From positions 1-62,479 of the forward strand of contig CAZMSJ010000004.1 of the NCBI GenBank assembly GCA_964568925.1: a DNA stretch of 62,479 nt. Direction: 5' to 3'. Shown here in pieces: positions 36,750-47,674 of the stretch. A program made the translations under genes and the position numbers. Under the pieces are notes generated by a model. The model searched no databases. It was given only the letters and a program-made list of their open reading frames with translations, and was not told where the DNA came from. Every line of letters begins with the position of its first letter. The first letter of the stretch is position 1. This DNA comes from an uncultured Gammaproteobacteria bacterium. Lineage in GTDB: Bacteria; Patescibacteriota; Microgenomatia; UBA8517.

Positions 36750-37558
36750 CAGACGTACAAACTACAAAAAAGCGTGCAAAATCAGTGGCGAATATTGGAA
36801 GAATCACAAAGTCACTTGAAATGGTTTCAGCTATTGCTGTAAAGCAAGCTGAAAAGAGACTGGGGCATAGAACTCCTTTTATCACCGAAATCACGGCATT
36901 ATTACGTTTTCTCCCTTCAGAGGAAAAGGAAGCTAACCCTTTTTACCGAGAACAGAAAGGGAAAACACTTTTAGTTGTAGTCACCAGTAACAGAGGGCTT
37001 GTTGGTGGGCTTTACTATGATCTCTTCCGCGCAATTGAAGAGAAGTGGAAAGACACCTCTTCACAAATTGAACTGATGCTCTTTGGCGAAAAAGGTTATG
37101 CACTTCGAGATCTTGGTGTTGTAACCCATGATTGGTCACACGAAGATCACGTTGAAGCACTCTTTGCTTGTGAGACCGCAATTGTTGAGGGCTGGATGAA
37201 TAAAACATATGGAGAAGTATATGTTTGTTTTCATGAATTTGTTTCTCTTACACAGTTTGTACCAACGATTCATCGACTTCTTCCGATGGGTGAAGAGAGT
37301 ACAAAACCTGACTCGCGAGCAGTCGAGCCAAATGGGTATACTGTGTATGAACAGTTAGCAAAAATGTATATCGAAGAATTTATTTCCTATGCAACTGTTG
37401 CAGGACTAACCAGTGAACATGCAGCTCGGATGATGGCAATGAAGAATGCATCTGACAATTCAAATGAATTAGCAGATATTTTACGACAACTGGCAAACAC
37501 AGCTCGACAAGAAGCAGTAACTGAAGCAATTCTTGAAGGTGCATTTCATCACTCGTAA
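36746..37558 (+). CDS. atpG: F0F1 ATP synthase subunit gamma
   Basis: Position in the operon. N-terminal KSVANIGRITKSLEMVSA and C-terminal TARQEAVTEAILE helices. Confidence 0.85.
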   Translation: MTDVQTTKKRAKSVANIGRITKSLEMVSAIAVKQAEKRLGHRTPFITEITALLRFLPSEEKEANPFYREQKGKTLLVVVTSNRGLVGGLYYDLFRAIEEKWKDTSSQIELMLFGEKGYALRDLGVVTHDWSHEDHVEALFACETAIVEGWMNKTYGEVYVCFHEFVSLTQFVPTIHRLLPMGEESTKPDSRAVEPNGYTVYEQLAKMYIEEFISYATVAGLTSEHAARMMAMKNASDNSNELADILRQLANTARQEAVTEAILEGAFHHS

Positions 37559-38959
<1,401 letters not shown>

Positions 38960-38961
38960 TC

Positions 38962-39369
38962 ATGGATACCTTTGAACTTCTGTTTTTAGGGAATACAAAA
39001 ATAATTTTTGAAGGTCAGGCTGTGTCACTATCTCTCCCTACTGAGAAAGGCAGAATGCAAATTCTTGCACATCACCAACCAATGATTGCCAGTGTTACCC
39101 TTGGTGAGTCATTTATTTTTTCAGAAGCCAACGAACTTCATGTAACCCATGGGACAGGTATCGTGTCCATTGAAACTGGTCGCGTTGTTGTTCTAGTTTT
39201 AGAAGCACATTTCCCTGACAAGTTAACCAAAGAGCATATTCAAGAAGCAAAGAGGAAAGCCAGTGAAATGCTTGAAACAACAAAAACCCCAGGGAGAAAA
39301 GAGAAGGCAATGAGAAGCTTCCGTCGAGCACTGCTTGATGAATCAGTCTTGTCCAAAAGGCACAAATAA
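38962..39369 (+). CDS. atpC: F0F1 ATP synthase subunit epsilon
   Basis: Position after atpD. The 135-aa length and beta-sandwich plus helical tail pattern fit. Confidence 0.8.
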   Translation: MDTFELLFLGNTKIIFEGQAVSLSLPTEKGRMQILAHHQPMIASVTLGESFIFSEANELHVTHGTGIVSIETGRVVVLVLEAHFPDKLTKEHIQEAKRKASEMLETTKTPGRKEKAMRSFRRALLDESVLSKRHK

Positions 39370-39392
39370 ATCTGCAAGGGTTTCTTGCAGAT
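39370..39392. terminator. Bidirectional hairpin terminator after atpC
   Basis: ATCTGCAAG-ggttt-CTTGCAGAT between convergent genes. Confidence 0.65.
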
Positions 39393-39400
39393 TGTTATTC

Positions 39401-39715
39401 CTATTCTTTCATCCAATCAGAGAGAAGACTACAAAAATCATCATATGCGTTCTGCGGGTTTTCCGTTCGTTCGAGAAGATAGATAACATTCTCACGCTCA
39501 CTTTGTCCAAAAAATACACATGAGCATTTGAAATCTCCGGTGTCATTGAGATCACGCATTTTCTCTCGAATATTTGGAACTGCTTCGCTGCTGATCATGA
39601 ACAAAAGTATCCCTCTTGCTTCATCTTTGACACCCAGATACCCAATATTTGTTAGGTTTTGGGTATACAGAATTTTCGCACGGATCGCGTTTGCGCTCAT
39701 ACACAAACCTTTCAA
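39401..39715 (-). CDS. Hypothetical protein (about 100 aa)
   Basis: ORF convergent with atpC. No motif recognised. Confidence 0.4.
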   Translation of the reverse strand: MKGLCMSANAIRAKILYTQNLTNIGYLGVKDEARGILLFMISSEAVPNIREKMRDLNDTGDFKCSCVFFGQSERENVIYLLERTENPQNAYDDFCSLLSDWMKE

Positions 39716-39866
39716 TTAGTTGACCAAGCTGAATTATAAGATTTGGTGGACACAAAGTCAAAATATTATTGGGTTCTTATCCCTTGATACCATGTGAGTG
39801 GATTCATAAAGAGTGTATTAAAAGAAGGTTACATTTGGTACTTTTCTAAAGAACTATAAAAGTGAT

Positions 39867-40169
39867 GTGTCTTGTCTTCACAAAATTTTCAATGGTAAGT
39901 ATACCCAAGGAGCTTCTGTGAAAAATGTCAGAAGGTTACTAACTTTATGCGACTTAAATACAGATATGCATATCAGATATACACAGAATATTGAGAACGT
40001 GTGGAGTCACTTAAAAAGAGGCATTAATGGTGTTTACAGAATTGTAAGTAAAAAGTATCTTCAGGCTTACGGAGATGAATATGCATTTATGTATAACCAT
40101 AGAAAAGATAAATCTCCGATGTTTGATTTACTTATAGCACAGGTGTCAGTAACGGAGAAGATAAGCTAA
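39867..40169 (+). pseudogene. IS1595-family (ISXO2-like) transposase C-terminal remnant
   Basis: YTQNIENVWSHLKRGINGVYRIVSKKYLQAYGDEYAFMYNHR matches the conserved C-terminal block of IS1595 DDE transposases. The catalytic N-terminal part is absent. Confidence 0.6.
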
Positions 40170-40296
40170 CTCTTTTGTTTTTTGTCAAAAGGAAGAGTAT
40201 TCAAAGCTTTAGAAAGCAATTTATCAAACATTTTCTTGGTACATGATAAGTGTTTAAAATCCTTATTTTTTTTCTTGGCACGTACAGATATTTTAA

Positions 40297-40330
40297 CAAG
40301 AAAAATGCCTCGAGTGTTAATTCGAGGCAT
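40297..40330 (-). terminator. Rho-independent terminator of the 40340..40810 gene
   Basis: ATGCCTCGA/TCGAGGCAT stem. A T-run follows on the minus strand. Confidence 0.65.
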
Positions 40331-40339
40331 TTATTGTTG

Positions 40340-40810
40340 CTATATATATATATGAGCAATATAAACTAAGCCGAAGACTATCTGTCCCCCGAGTGTTACG
40401 ACCATACATAATAACTGATAGCCGAATGAATATGGTTTGGGATTAATCACTGAGTATCCGCGGTTACGAAAACGGATGAGATGTATGATAAGTCGAATGA
40501 ACAAAATGCATTGTGTGTATACAACCATCGCATTTACTACCATATAGCTCAAGCCTACCAAGGTAACTGGCAAAGAAACTCCTTTATTCATCAATGCTAG
40601 TCCCATTATCACTTGGACACCATGTCCGAGGATCATTACAATCAAGATAAAGATTGCAAATAGACTTTTAGTAAGTCTTTGTTCAGGGCTACCACTGTAC
40701 GCGCTATAAAGGTATTTGCGAATGTTCAATTTTCCTCCAAGTGGAAGAGAATTCACAAATATACTTAGCCTCTTGAGCAATTTCCAAGTTTCCCTCAAAA
40801 CGCTAAACAT
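40340..40810 (-). CDS. Polytopic membrane protein, unknown function
   Basis: AAGGAG SD before the ATG at 40810 (MFSVLRETWK...). Four hydrophobic segments. Confidence 0.5.
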   Translation of the reverse strand: MFSVLRETWKLLKRLSIFVNSLPLGGKLNIRKYLYSAYSGSPEQRLTKSLFAIFILIVMILGHGVQVIMGLALMNKGVSLPVTLVGLSYMVVNAMVVYTQCILFIRLIIHLIRFRNRGYSVINPKPYSFGYQLLCMVVTLGGQIVFGLVYIAHIYI

Positions 40811-40962
40811 AGTATCTCCTTGGAAAACAACTAGGTTAGTATGAGCATTGTATATTATAAGATCCTTTATGTCAATGTGTATGGCGATTTGCACATGTGT
40901 TGAAGGGATAAGTGTTTATTTTTGTTCTTGCAGAGCAGTCTACATTAAAGATACGATGAACT

Positions 40963-42870
40963 ATGTTTAGAACTATTGCCCTTAGTTTGTCAGCACTTGG
41001 GGTTGTGTATGGAGATATTGGAACTTCACCACTGTATGCAATAAATGAAATCTTCTTTGGTTCAGGACGTGTTGCCTTAAACTCTCTCGATATTTTAGGA
41101 AGTATTAGTCTTATTTTCTGGGCCTTAACTATTGTTATTTCATTTAAGTATGTCTTCTACGTTTTGCGGGCAGACAATGAAGGGGAAGGTGGAGTCTTTG
41201 CCCTCTACAGTTTGATATCGAAAACTTCAGGAAACAAAAAGATGAGATTACTGGTTGGCTCACTGTTAATCTTTGCTGCCGGGCTTCTTTTTGGTGATGG
41301 AATTATCACACCAGCAATCAGTGTGATTTCAGCTGTTGAAGGATTAAAAATGATAACAACATCTCTTGAGTCATATATTGTTCCATTAACGATTGTTATT
41401 CTTACTGGTTTGTTTTTAATTCAAAGTAAAGGAACTGCAAAGGTTGGAACAGTCTTTGGTCCAATCGTGTTAGTTTGGTTTGGAGTAATTTCTATTTTAG
41501 GTTTACGACAAATTTTGGCATATCCTGGCATTTTGGTTGCTGTTAATCCGATGTATGCATTGGCCTTTTTGCAAGGGAGTAGCATTAAAAGTATCTTCTG
41601 GGTACTCGGTTCCGTAATGCTAACAATCACAGGTGGAGAAGCCATGTATGCAGACATGGGACACTTTGGACGTAAGCCAATTCGCTTAAGTTGGTTTAGT
41701 GCAGTCTACCCAGCACTTATTCTCAATTATTTTGGACAAGGAGCGTTCTTACTTTCCAATAGCACTGTTCTTCATGAAAATATTTTCTATAGCATGGTAC
41801 CAACATGGGCATTAATTCCAACAGTAATCCTTGCAACAATGGCAACCGTTATTGCTTCACAAGCGTTAATCTCTGGTGCTTTCTCACTTACAACGCAAGC
41901 TGTTCATTTGGGACTTTTCCCTCGACTGAAAATTATTCATACCCATCATGAACACGAAGGACAACTCTATGTACCATTTATTAATTGGGCACTCTACGTT
42001 GGTTGCGTGATCTTAGTTTTAATTTTCCAATCAAGTTCTCGACTTGCTTCAGCATATGGCTTGGCAGTATCAGGAGTCATGCTTATCACAACATTTGGAA
42101 TGATTTTAGTTACTGTTAGTTATTGGAAATGGAAAATGTGGAAGGCACTACTTATTTTTGGACCATTGGCTTTAATTGATTTCTCATTCTTTAGTGCAAA
42201 TTCTCTAAAACTTTTTGAAGGAGGTTTCATTCCACTTTTCATTGCAATTGCAATCCTCCTTATGATGAAGACCTGGGCATGGGGAAGAAAATCTGTTGCC
42301 CATGAATTTTTAAAGCTCCCAAGTATGTCTATCTCAGACTTAATTGTTCATAAGCTTCGGGCCGAACATCATATTCCAAAGACAATTATTGTTATGACTC
42401 CAACTGCCATTATGGATAAAAAGGAAAAAATACCAGCCCTGCGTCAAATGTTTTGGGATCGGTATGGAATGCTTCCTGAACACTTAATTTTCTTGACCGT
42501 ATCAGTTGAAAAAGATCCATTTATTCATGGCGATCGAAATGAAGTTATCACTTTCTACCAAGATCACGAGAAGGGGAGTATTCGTGCCATTAAGATGAAA
42601 TTTGGTTTTATGGAAGACCTTGATGTTGAAGATCAAATATTAGCCCTGGCTACTCATCGTGATTTGCACATTAGTGGAAATCCAAAGAATTGGTTAATTC
42701 ACATTACACAAGAAAAGCTCTTAATCTCAAAGCGTTTGTTAGGTATTAAAAGAATACGAACTTTGTTCTTCAGAATGATGCTTAAGAACTCAGATCGTGC
42801 AGATCACTTCTTTGGATTGGGGAACCGTGTAGCACTCTCGATCGAGGTACTCCCTGTTAAACTTCGATAA
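40963..42870 (+). CDS. kup: KUP/HAK/KT potassium transporter
   Basis: Signature GVVYGDIGTSPLYA near the N-terminus. About 12 TM segments plus a cytoplasmic tail. Confidence 0.9.
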   Translation: MFRTIALSLSALGVVYGDIGTSPLYAINEIFFGSGRVALNSLDILGSISLIFWALTIVISFKYVFYVLRADNEGEGGVFALYSLISKTSGNKKMRLLVGSLLIFAAGLLFGDGIITPAISVISAVEGLKMITTSLESYIVPLTIVILTGLFLIQSKGTAKVGTVFGPIVLVWFGVISILGLRQILAYPGILVAVNPMYALAFLQGSSIKSIFWVLGSVMLTITGGEAMYADMGHFGRKPIRLSWFSAVYPALILNYFGQGAFLLSNSTVLHENIFYSMVPTWALIPTVILATMATVIASQALISGAFSLTTQAVHLGLFPRLKIIHTHHEHEGQLYVPFINWALYVGCVILVLIFQSSSRLASAYGLAVSGVMLITTFGMILVTVSYWKWKMWKALLIFGPLALIDFSFFSANSLKLFEGGFIPLFIAIAILLMMKTWAWGRKSVAHEFLKLPSMSISDLIVHKLRAEHHIPKTIIVMTPTAIMDKKEKIPALRQMFWDRYGMLPEHLIFLTVSVEKDPFIHGDRNEVITFYQDHEKGSIRAIKMKFGFMEDLDVEDQILALATHRDLHISGNPKNWLIHITQEKLLISKRLLGIKRIRTLFFRMMLKNSDRADHFFGLGNRVALSIEVLPVKLR

Positions 42871-42939
42871 ACTTCTTTTGTTCGTGATAACGACGATCTC
42901 CGTACTGTATAAGTAAGTAGCTAAAATGGAGGCAAACAA

Positions 42940-44286
42940 TTATGTTCGAATTACTTCATCAAGTCGTGGGGTGAACACTTCTGACTGACGTTTCTTTTGT
43001 ATCTCCGACTTTAATGTTTCTCGTGGGCCATCTTCACCATGAGTGAGAATTATCTTTTTAGCTCCATCAATCTTTGAAAGCCAATTGAGTAATCGAGGTT
43101 GATCTGCATGTGAACTTAGCGCTTGTGTATCAGCAATCGAGGCATTTACTTCAACATGTTGCCCATATATCGTGACACTCTTTTCTCCAGACATAATAGC
43201 TCTCCCGATTGTTGCTTCTGCCTGGTAGCCTACAAACAAAATACGGGTGTCATGACGAGGAAGGAAATCAATTGCATGGTTTAAAATTCTTCCCCCTGTC
43301 ATCATTCCACTTCCTGCAATAATTACTTTTGCGCCACTCTGCTCTTTAATCTTAGCACTGTCATGACCTTTCTCAACAGTAATTAGACCTGGAAAACTAA
43401 ATGGATCATCGTGGCTCATGTGGTTTGCAAGTTCTTGGTTATAGAGTTTTCTGTACTGTTTGAATATTTCAGTAGCTCGCTCTGCCATCGGAGAATCAAG
43501 ATACACCTTTGTTTCATTCTTTACCTTTTTGTCTCTCTTCAAGTGATCAATCTTATGCAAAAGCTCTTGAGTTCTTTCAAGCGAAAATGAGGGAATTAAC
43601 AGCGTAGCCTGACTGTCTTCTATTGCTTGGATTTCGTGAGCTAAAACAGCAACAGGATCTTCGTCAGGATGAATTCGATCGCCATAAGTTGACTCCATAA
43701 TGATCGTGTCTCCGCGATCAAAGTACTCCGTTGGTTTAATGATGTCTTGTGGAGTGTTCCCAAGATCACCTGAAAAAATAATCGTTTCCTTTTTGCCAGC
43801 AGGGGAGGAGTAGACAACCTCAAGACTGGCCGAACCTAATATGTGACCAGCATCTTTCATGGTTATTGTGAAGTTCCCAACTTGAAACGGTCTGTGGTAC
43901 TCAACATTTGTGAAGTAGGGAATTTGATGCAACACATCATCGATTGTGTAGAGTGCAGTATCACGTTCTGCACCCACTTTTGCTGAATCAAGAAGTGAGA
44001 GTTCTGTTAATGCACGTGTAGCCTCTGTCATATAGATTGGTACACGAAAACCTGCAGAGTAGAGCATTGGGAGACGTCCGCAATGGTCCAAATGTGCATG
44101 GGTAAGTACTACCCCAGCCACTGTCGCTGGATCAATGGTTATTGGACGATTGTTTAATGCATCAATAGCGTGACTGCCTTGGAACATTCCGCAATCAATT
44201 AATAAACTCTTTCCATTTTCTGGAATAACCAAATATGAAGAACCGGTGACTGTTCCAGCTGCACCTAAAAAGAGAATGTCCACCAT
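42940..44286 (-). CDS. MBL-fold beta-CASP hydrolase (RNA-metabolising type)
   Basis: HAHLDHCGRLP metallo-beta-lactamase motif. The 448-aa length fits the beta-CASP architecture. Confidence 0.75.
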   Translation of the reverse strand: MVDILFLGAAGTVTGSSYLVIPENGKSLLIDCGMFQGSHAIDALNNRPITIDPATVAGVVLTHAHLDHCGRLPMLYSAGFRVPIYMTEATRALTELSLLDSAKVGAERDTALYTIDDVLHQIPYFTNVEYHRPFQVGNFTITMKDAGHILGSASLEVVYSSPAGKKETIIFSGDLGNTPQDIIKPTEYFDRGDTIIMESTYGDRIHPDEDPVAVLAHEIQAIEDSQATLLIPSFSLERTQELLHKIDHLKRDKKVKNETKVYLDSPMAERATEIFKQYRKLYNQELANHMSHDDPFSFPGLITVEKGHDSAKIKEQSGAKVIIAGSGMMTGGRILNHAIDFLPRHDTRILFVGYQAEATIGRAIMSGEKSVTIYGQHVEVNASIADTQALSSHADQPRLLNWLSKIDGAKKIILTHGEDGPRETLKSEIQKKRQSEVFTPRLDEVIRT

Positions 44287-44688
44287 ACAGAAAAGTGTAA
44301 CACGAAATGTTGTGAATAGTGCTCTTCATTACGGCCCTATATGAAACTACTTTTTTCGTGCAAAAAAACACGAGGGATGTTAATGGTAGACATACTCCTC
44401 GTGTACAGCACTTATGTGCTCTTGATCTGTTTCTCTCTGCTTTTTGCCAGGCGATATTGGCCGAGATCATTCCACTTCATGCGTCCTATCCGGTACAAAT
44501 TCATGTAGTAATCATAGTGCCTTTTGATGACTATCGTTTTTGAAATTGAAACGCCTTTCATGTAAACCCCACTTTCTTCCAAAAGGTAATCTGCCTCGAG
44601 CATAGTATACACAAAGACTAGAGAACTTGTGAATAATACCTCATAATGTTAAAATATCCAAGCTATTTTAAAGTTTAGAGGGGAAAGT

Positions 44689-45141
44689 ATGTCTACAAAG
44701 CAGAAGCTTGCATTGATAACCGCGGCCTTGGCTGCATTGGGTGCAATCTTAGTCTATCTGTTGATGCCACCTGTTAGCCCTGTTACAACGGGAAGTTATG
44801 TCATAAGTGGTGACAACGTTGTTTTCAGTCTACTTAAGACTGGCGGTATGGATGATGACAGCGTTAAGGCTGAAATTATTCAATTTATCGCAAACGGACG
44901 TCTTTCAGTCACTGATCAAGATGTGACAGCTGTTGATTGGAAATGGGCGACGATTCAAGCGAGCACAAAATGTGGAGTGCAATGCTACCGATTTACCTTT
45001 GAGGACAAGGAAGAACAACTATCATTTAGTGGAGTGCTTGATCTGGCACATACGCTAGTAACAGGTACATATGTACACATCATTAGTGAAGGCTACGAGA
45101 TTGTTGCAAACGTGAATATGCAAGTTCTAAAAGTTTATTGA
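44689..45141 (+). CDS. Membrane-anchored hypothetical protein (150 aa)
   Basis: GGGGAAAG SD-like sequence, an N-terminal TM helix, and a terminator following. Confidence 0.5.
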   Translation: MSTKQKLALITAALAALGAILVYLLMPPVSPVTTGSYVISGDNVVFSLLKTGGMDDDSVKAEIIQFIANGRLSVTDQDVTAVDWKWATIQASTKCGVQCYRFTFEDKEEQLSFSGVLDLAHTLVTGTYVHIISEGYEIVANVNMQVLKVY

Positions 45142-45150
45142 CTTGAGCTA

Positions 45151-45177
45151 GGACAGGAAATACTTCCTGTCCTTTTT
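45151..45177 (+). terminator. Rho-independent terminator
   Basis: GGACAGGAA-atac-TTCCTGTCC followed by TTTTT. Confidence 0.75.
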
Positions 45178-45182
45178 GTGCA

Positions 45183-45211
45183 CAAAAAGAGGGATTCAAT
45201 ATGAATCCCTC
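45183..45211 (-). terminator. Rho-independent terminator of the 45221..45649 gene
   Basis: GAGGGATTCA-tat-TGAATCCCTC on the minus strand followed by TTTTTGTG. Confidence 0.7.
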
Positions 45212-45220
45212 AAAATTCGA

Positions 45221-45649
45221 TTACTTTTGCTTCAATCGAGTGAAATGCAAATGCATACCTTTGTAACTCGGTTGAATGGTATGCATCAGAATTACGCAGA
45301 CTTCCTGGTCAAAAATTTTACCCTCTTTATTCAAGAAGCCACGCCGCATAAGTTCTTTGATAACCTCGATATTGTCCTCGTCACGGTTGTTACTGTCATC
45401 CACCGCATACTGGCGGAGTCTAATAATGCAGATGTCTGCAAATTCGTGCGTCATTGCAGTTGGGTTGTCCCATGGACAATTGAATAGATCCTTAATCTTC
45501 TGCTCCCAATACAGTACCTTTTGTGTACTGATGAAATAATCATGATGGTACCGATCGAAAGACCATCCCTGAGGGTCACGAAAATATGTGTACCCAACGA
45601 CCTTTTCAAAAAAGTAGAGAATTCGGGTCAAAAGCACGAGAAACAGCAT
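45221..45649 (-). CDS. Hypothetical protein (142 aa)
   Basis: ORF with its own terminator. No motif recognised. Confidence 0.45.
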   Translation of the reverse strand: MLFLVLLTRILYFFEKVVGYTYFRDPQGWSFDRYHHDYFISTQKVLYWEQKIKDLFNCPWDNPTAMTHEFADICIIRLRQYAVDDSNNRDEDNIEVIKELMRRGFLNKEGKIFDQEVCVILMHTIQPSYKGMHLHFTRLKQK

Positions 45650-45681
45650 GTCGAAATTCCTTTAAACCTATTTCTTTTAGA

Positions 45682-46086
45682 TTATTTCCAGAATCCGAAG
45701 GTAAGGACCCGCTGAATACTTTTCACTAGTTTCACAATGTTTTCTAGTGACTCATCTTCATCGAGTATTCGTTGTTCAAGTTTGGCTCGGGTAGAACGCA
45801 TCCACTGAAACCGACCTTCAATGATTTCGGCCGTTTCTTCTACTGTGCCCAAATAACCTTTTAGACAAAGCGGCCAATATGCGTGCTCGACCATTGACGT
45901 ATTGTAGAGGACCGCATATGCTTCCCACTTTTTACCACTATCAAATAGTTCTTGTGCAGTTCTCGATCTGAATTGAGCTGCCGTTTCTTCGTTCTTCTTT
46001 GCAGATGTTGCGTACTTGAGAGTGAAATCGGTATCCAAGCAAATTGAATCATCCCAATACTGTATAGGAATTTGAACAGGAGGCAT
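45682..46086 (-). CDS. Hypothetical protein (about 134 aa)
   Basis: GGGAG SD before the ATG at 46086 (MPPVQIPIQYWDD...). The track start is a GTG at 46104. Confidence 0.45.
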   Translation of the reverse strand: MPPVQIPIQYWDDSICLDTDFTLKYATSAKKNEETAAQFRSRTAQELFDSGKKWEAYAVLYNTSMVEHAYWPLCLKGYLGTVEETAEIIEGRFQWMRSTRAKLEQRILDEDESLENIVKLVKSIQRVLTFGFWK

Positions 46087-46154
46087 CTTATCTCCCGAAA
46101 GCACTAATGAATGGGAAAATTGTAGCAGAAAAAGGCATTAAAGTCAATATTATG

Positions 46155-46228
46155 GGTGATCGACGGGACTTGAACCCGCAACCCCTGGTACCACAAACCA
46201 GTGCTCTGCCAATTGAGCTACGACCACC
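46155..46228 (-). tRNA. tRNA-His (GTG) with genome-encoded G-1
   Basis: Hand-folded cloverleaf: acceptor GTGGTCG/CGATCAC, an extra 5' G opposite C73, and anticodon loop TTGTGGT. CCA is not encoded. Confidence 0.85.
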
Positions 46229-46270
46229 ATGAACAAACTGAGCTATTTTACCTTGTTTACCAGCTCAAAG

Positions 46271-46795
46271 CTAGTTATTGGAGACTTCTTTGGTTGCAGC
46301 GAGGTCTGCAAAGGCAATCCAGTGGTATGTTGGAATCTGATATTTGTCGTCATCTTCATTGGCAAAGTCATACCAATCTTTCTCAAATTCAGCTCTTTTC
46401 ACGGTATAAATTCCCTTTTGACCTTGTAAATTTTCTCCGTTTGATGGATCAAAAATGGTATAAGTCTCAGTGTCTGGGTCATATGAATCGACCAAAACGT
46501 AATGTCCGCCTGATCCAGTCTCATCGTGGTACATAATATTGGCAATAACCCCGTATCCACGCTTCAAAAGGTGATATACGCGTTCTGTGGTGGCTCCTGC
46601 TTCGGTTCCATGGCGCCAGAATTGTAAATGAAGGTATTTGGCCATACTTTCGTACGAGCTACCCCAATTTGGGTCATAAACCTCGTCCGCGATCTCTTTT
46701 TGAGTTTTCGTTATTCCCGCTCGGAGCAAAAGCATTTGAAGTGTTGCTGGTCCACACCAGCCATCGTCTTCCTGGTATCTGTGCAATGGATGCAT
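46271..46795 (-). CDS. Papain-fold cysteine peptidase, C39-like
   Basis: QEDDGWCGPATLQMLL (Cys), SGGHYVLVDSYD (His) and IFDPSNG (Asp/Asn), with no signal peptide. The ATG at 46795 avoids overlap with the upstream ORF. Confidence 0.6.
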   Translation of the reverse strand: MHPLHRYQEDDGWCGPATLQMLLLRAGITKTQKEIADEVYDPNWGSSYESMAKYLHLQFWRHGTEAGATTERVYHLLKRGYGVIANIMYHDETGSGGHYVLVDSYDPDTETYTIFDPSNGENLQGQKGIYTVKRAEFEKDWYDFANEDDDKYQIPTYHWIAFADLAATKEVSNN

Positions 46796-46808
46796 GGAAG
46801 GTAGCTTA

Positions 46809-47168
46809 TTATTCCTCGTCGTCTTCGTCAAGCCCCTTTGGGTCACCAATTACCCGTCCAAACGGGTCAATTTCAATATCGTCGTCGTCCAAATCCTTCT
46901 CTTCTTCCTCAGCTTCTTCGTCTTCCTCGTTCAAATCAGCGTCATTTCCTTGGTGAAGTTCAATTTCTTCAGCATCGTCGACTTCTTTAGCGATGTCGAG
47001 TGGTTCGTCGTCATGGTGTTCCTCACCAGTTAATTCAGTAAAGCGAGTGTCGACATCATCATCTGATTCGAGATCCTCGTTTGTTCCTCCGGTTGCTTCG
47101 TCACCATAGAACTCATCATCATCTTTTCGAAGTTCTTCTTCAATTTTTGTTGGATCTTGTCGTACCAT
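46809..47168 (-). CDS. Hyper-acidic protein (about 119 aa, roughly 45 percent Asp+Glu)
   Basis: Hand count gives about 55 D/E of 119 residues from the ATG at 47168. It lies 13 nt upstream of the peptidase gene. Confidence 0.5.
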   Translation of the reverse strand: MVRQDPTKIEEELRKDDDEFYGDEATGGTNEDLESDDDVDTRFTELTGEEHHDDEPLDIAKEVDDAEEIELHQGNDADLNEEDEEAEEEEKDLDDDDIEIDPFGRVIGDPKGLDEDDEE

Positions 47169-47269
47169 ACTTATGCATTTTAAAAAGAACTGAAGATAAT
47201 GCAAGAGGGGAAATGTTTTAGGCACAAAATGGGGTGGAACCTAATAGGTTCCACCCACAAACTGAAGCG

Positions 47270-47674
47270 CTAGATATCTGCGATCTTTGAGATCTGACTG
47301 AGTACTCCGTTTGCGACGAAGTAATCTTTAATTTCCGTTACCGCAAGCTTCTCTGCAATTTTGAGAGCGTTTTTAAGATTTCTACCTTCTTTGGTCAGTA
47401 GAATCCGCACTGCTCTCCGGTCACCTTCATCAGGGATACGCTTAACATATCCTTTCAATTCCAGTCCATCAAGTATTGGGGTAAATGATGTCGATGGCCG
47501 ACCAACACTTTTAGCTAAATCTGTTGGTCGTTGTCGGTCTATATCCAACAGTTTTGAGATAACTGCCCATTCAAGAGCATTTAGCTCTGTGTCCACGGCG
47601 AGATGCTTTTCGATGATTGTTGTAACACTTCGGTATACTTGGTCAAGGAAAAGCCAAATCTTTACAAGTAACAT
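47270..47674 (-). CDS. MarR-family transcriptional regulator
   Basis: Winged-helix block RPTDLAKSVGRPSTSFTPILDGLELKGYVKRIPDEGDRRAVRILLTKEG. Confidence 0.8.
   Translation of the reverse strand: MLLVKIWLFLDQVYRSVTTIIEKHLAVDTELNALEWAVISKLLDIDRQRPTDLAKSVGRPSTSFTPILDGLELKGYVKRIPDEGDRRAVRILLTKEGRNLKNALKIAEKLAVTEIKDYFVANGVLSQISKIADI

Noticed and set aside
40341-40353. (TA)n microsatellite.
   Set aside because: It lies within the last codons (…HIYI stop) of the membrane-protein gene and is only about 6 units long. It is unlikely to be functional beyond possible slippage.
44412-44612. 66-aa minus-strand ORF (and plus-strand 44319..44543) in the 400-nt gap upstream of the beta-CASP gene.
   Set aside because: There is no clear SD, motif or terminator, so I could not decide between a small basic protein, a long 5' UTR or a decayed gene. 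It is left unannotated.
46201-46536. Plus-strand ORFs 46201..46536 and 46229..46429.
   Set aside because: They start inside tRNA-His and run antisense to the well-supported C39-like peptidase gene.
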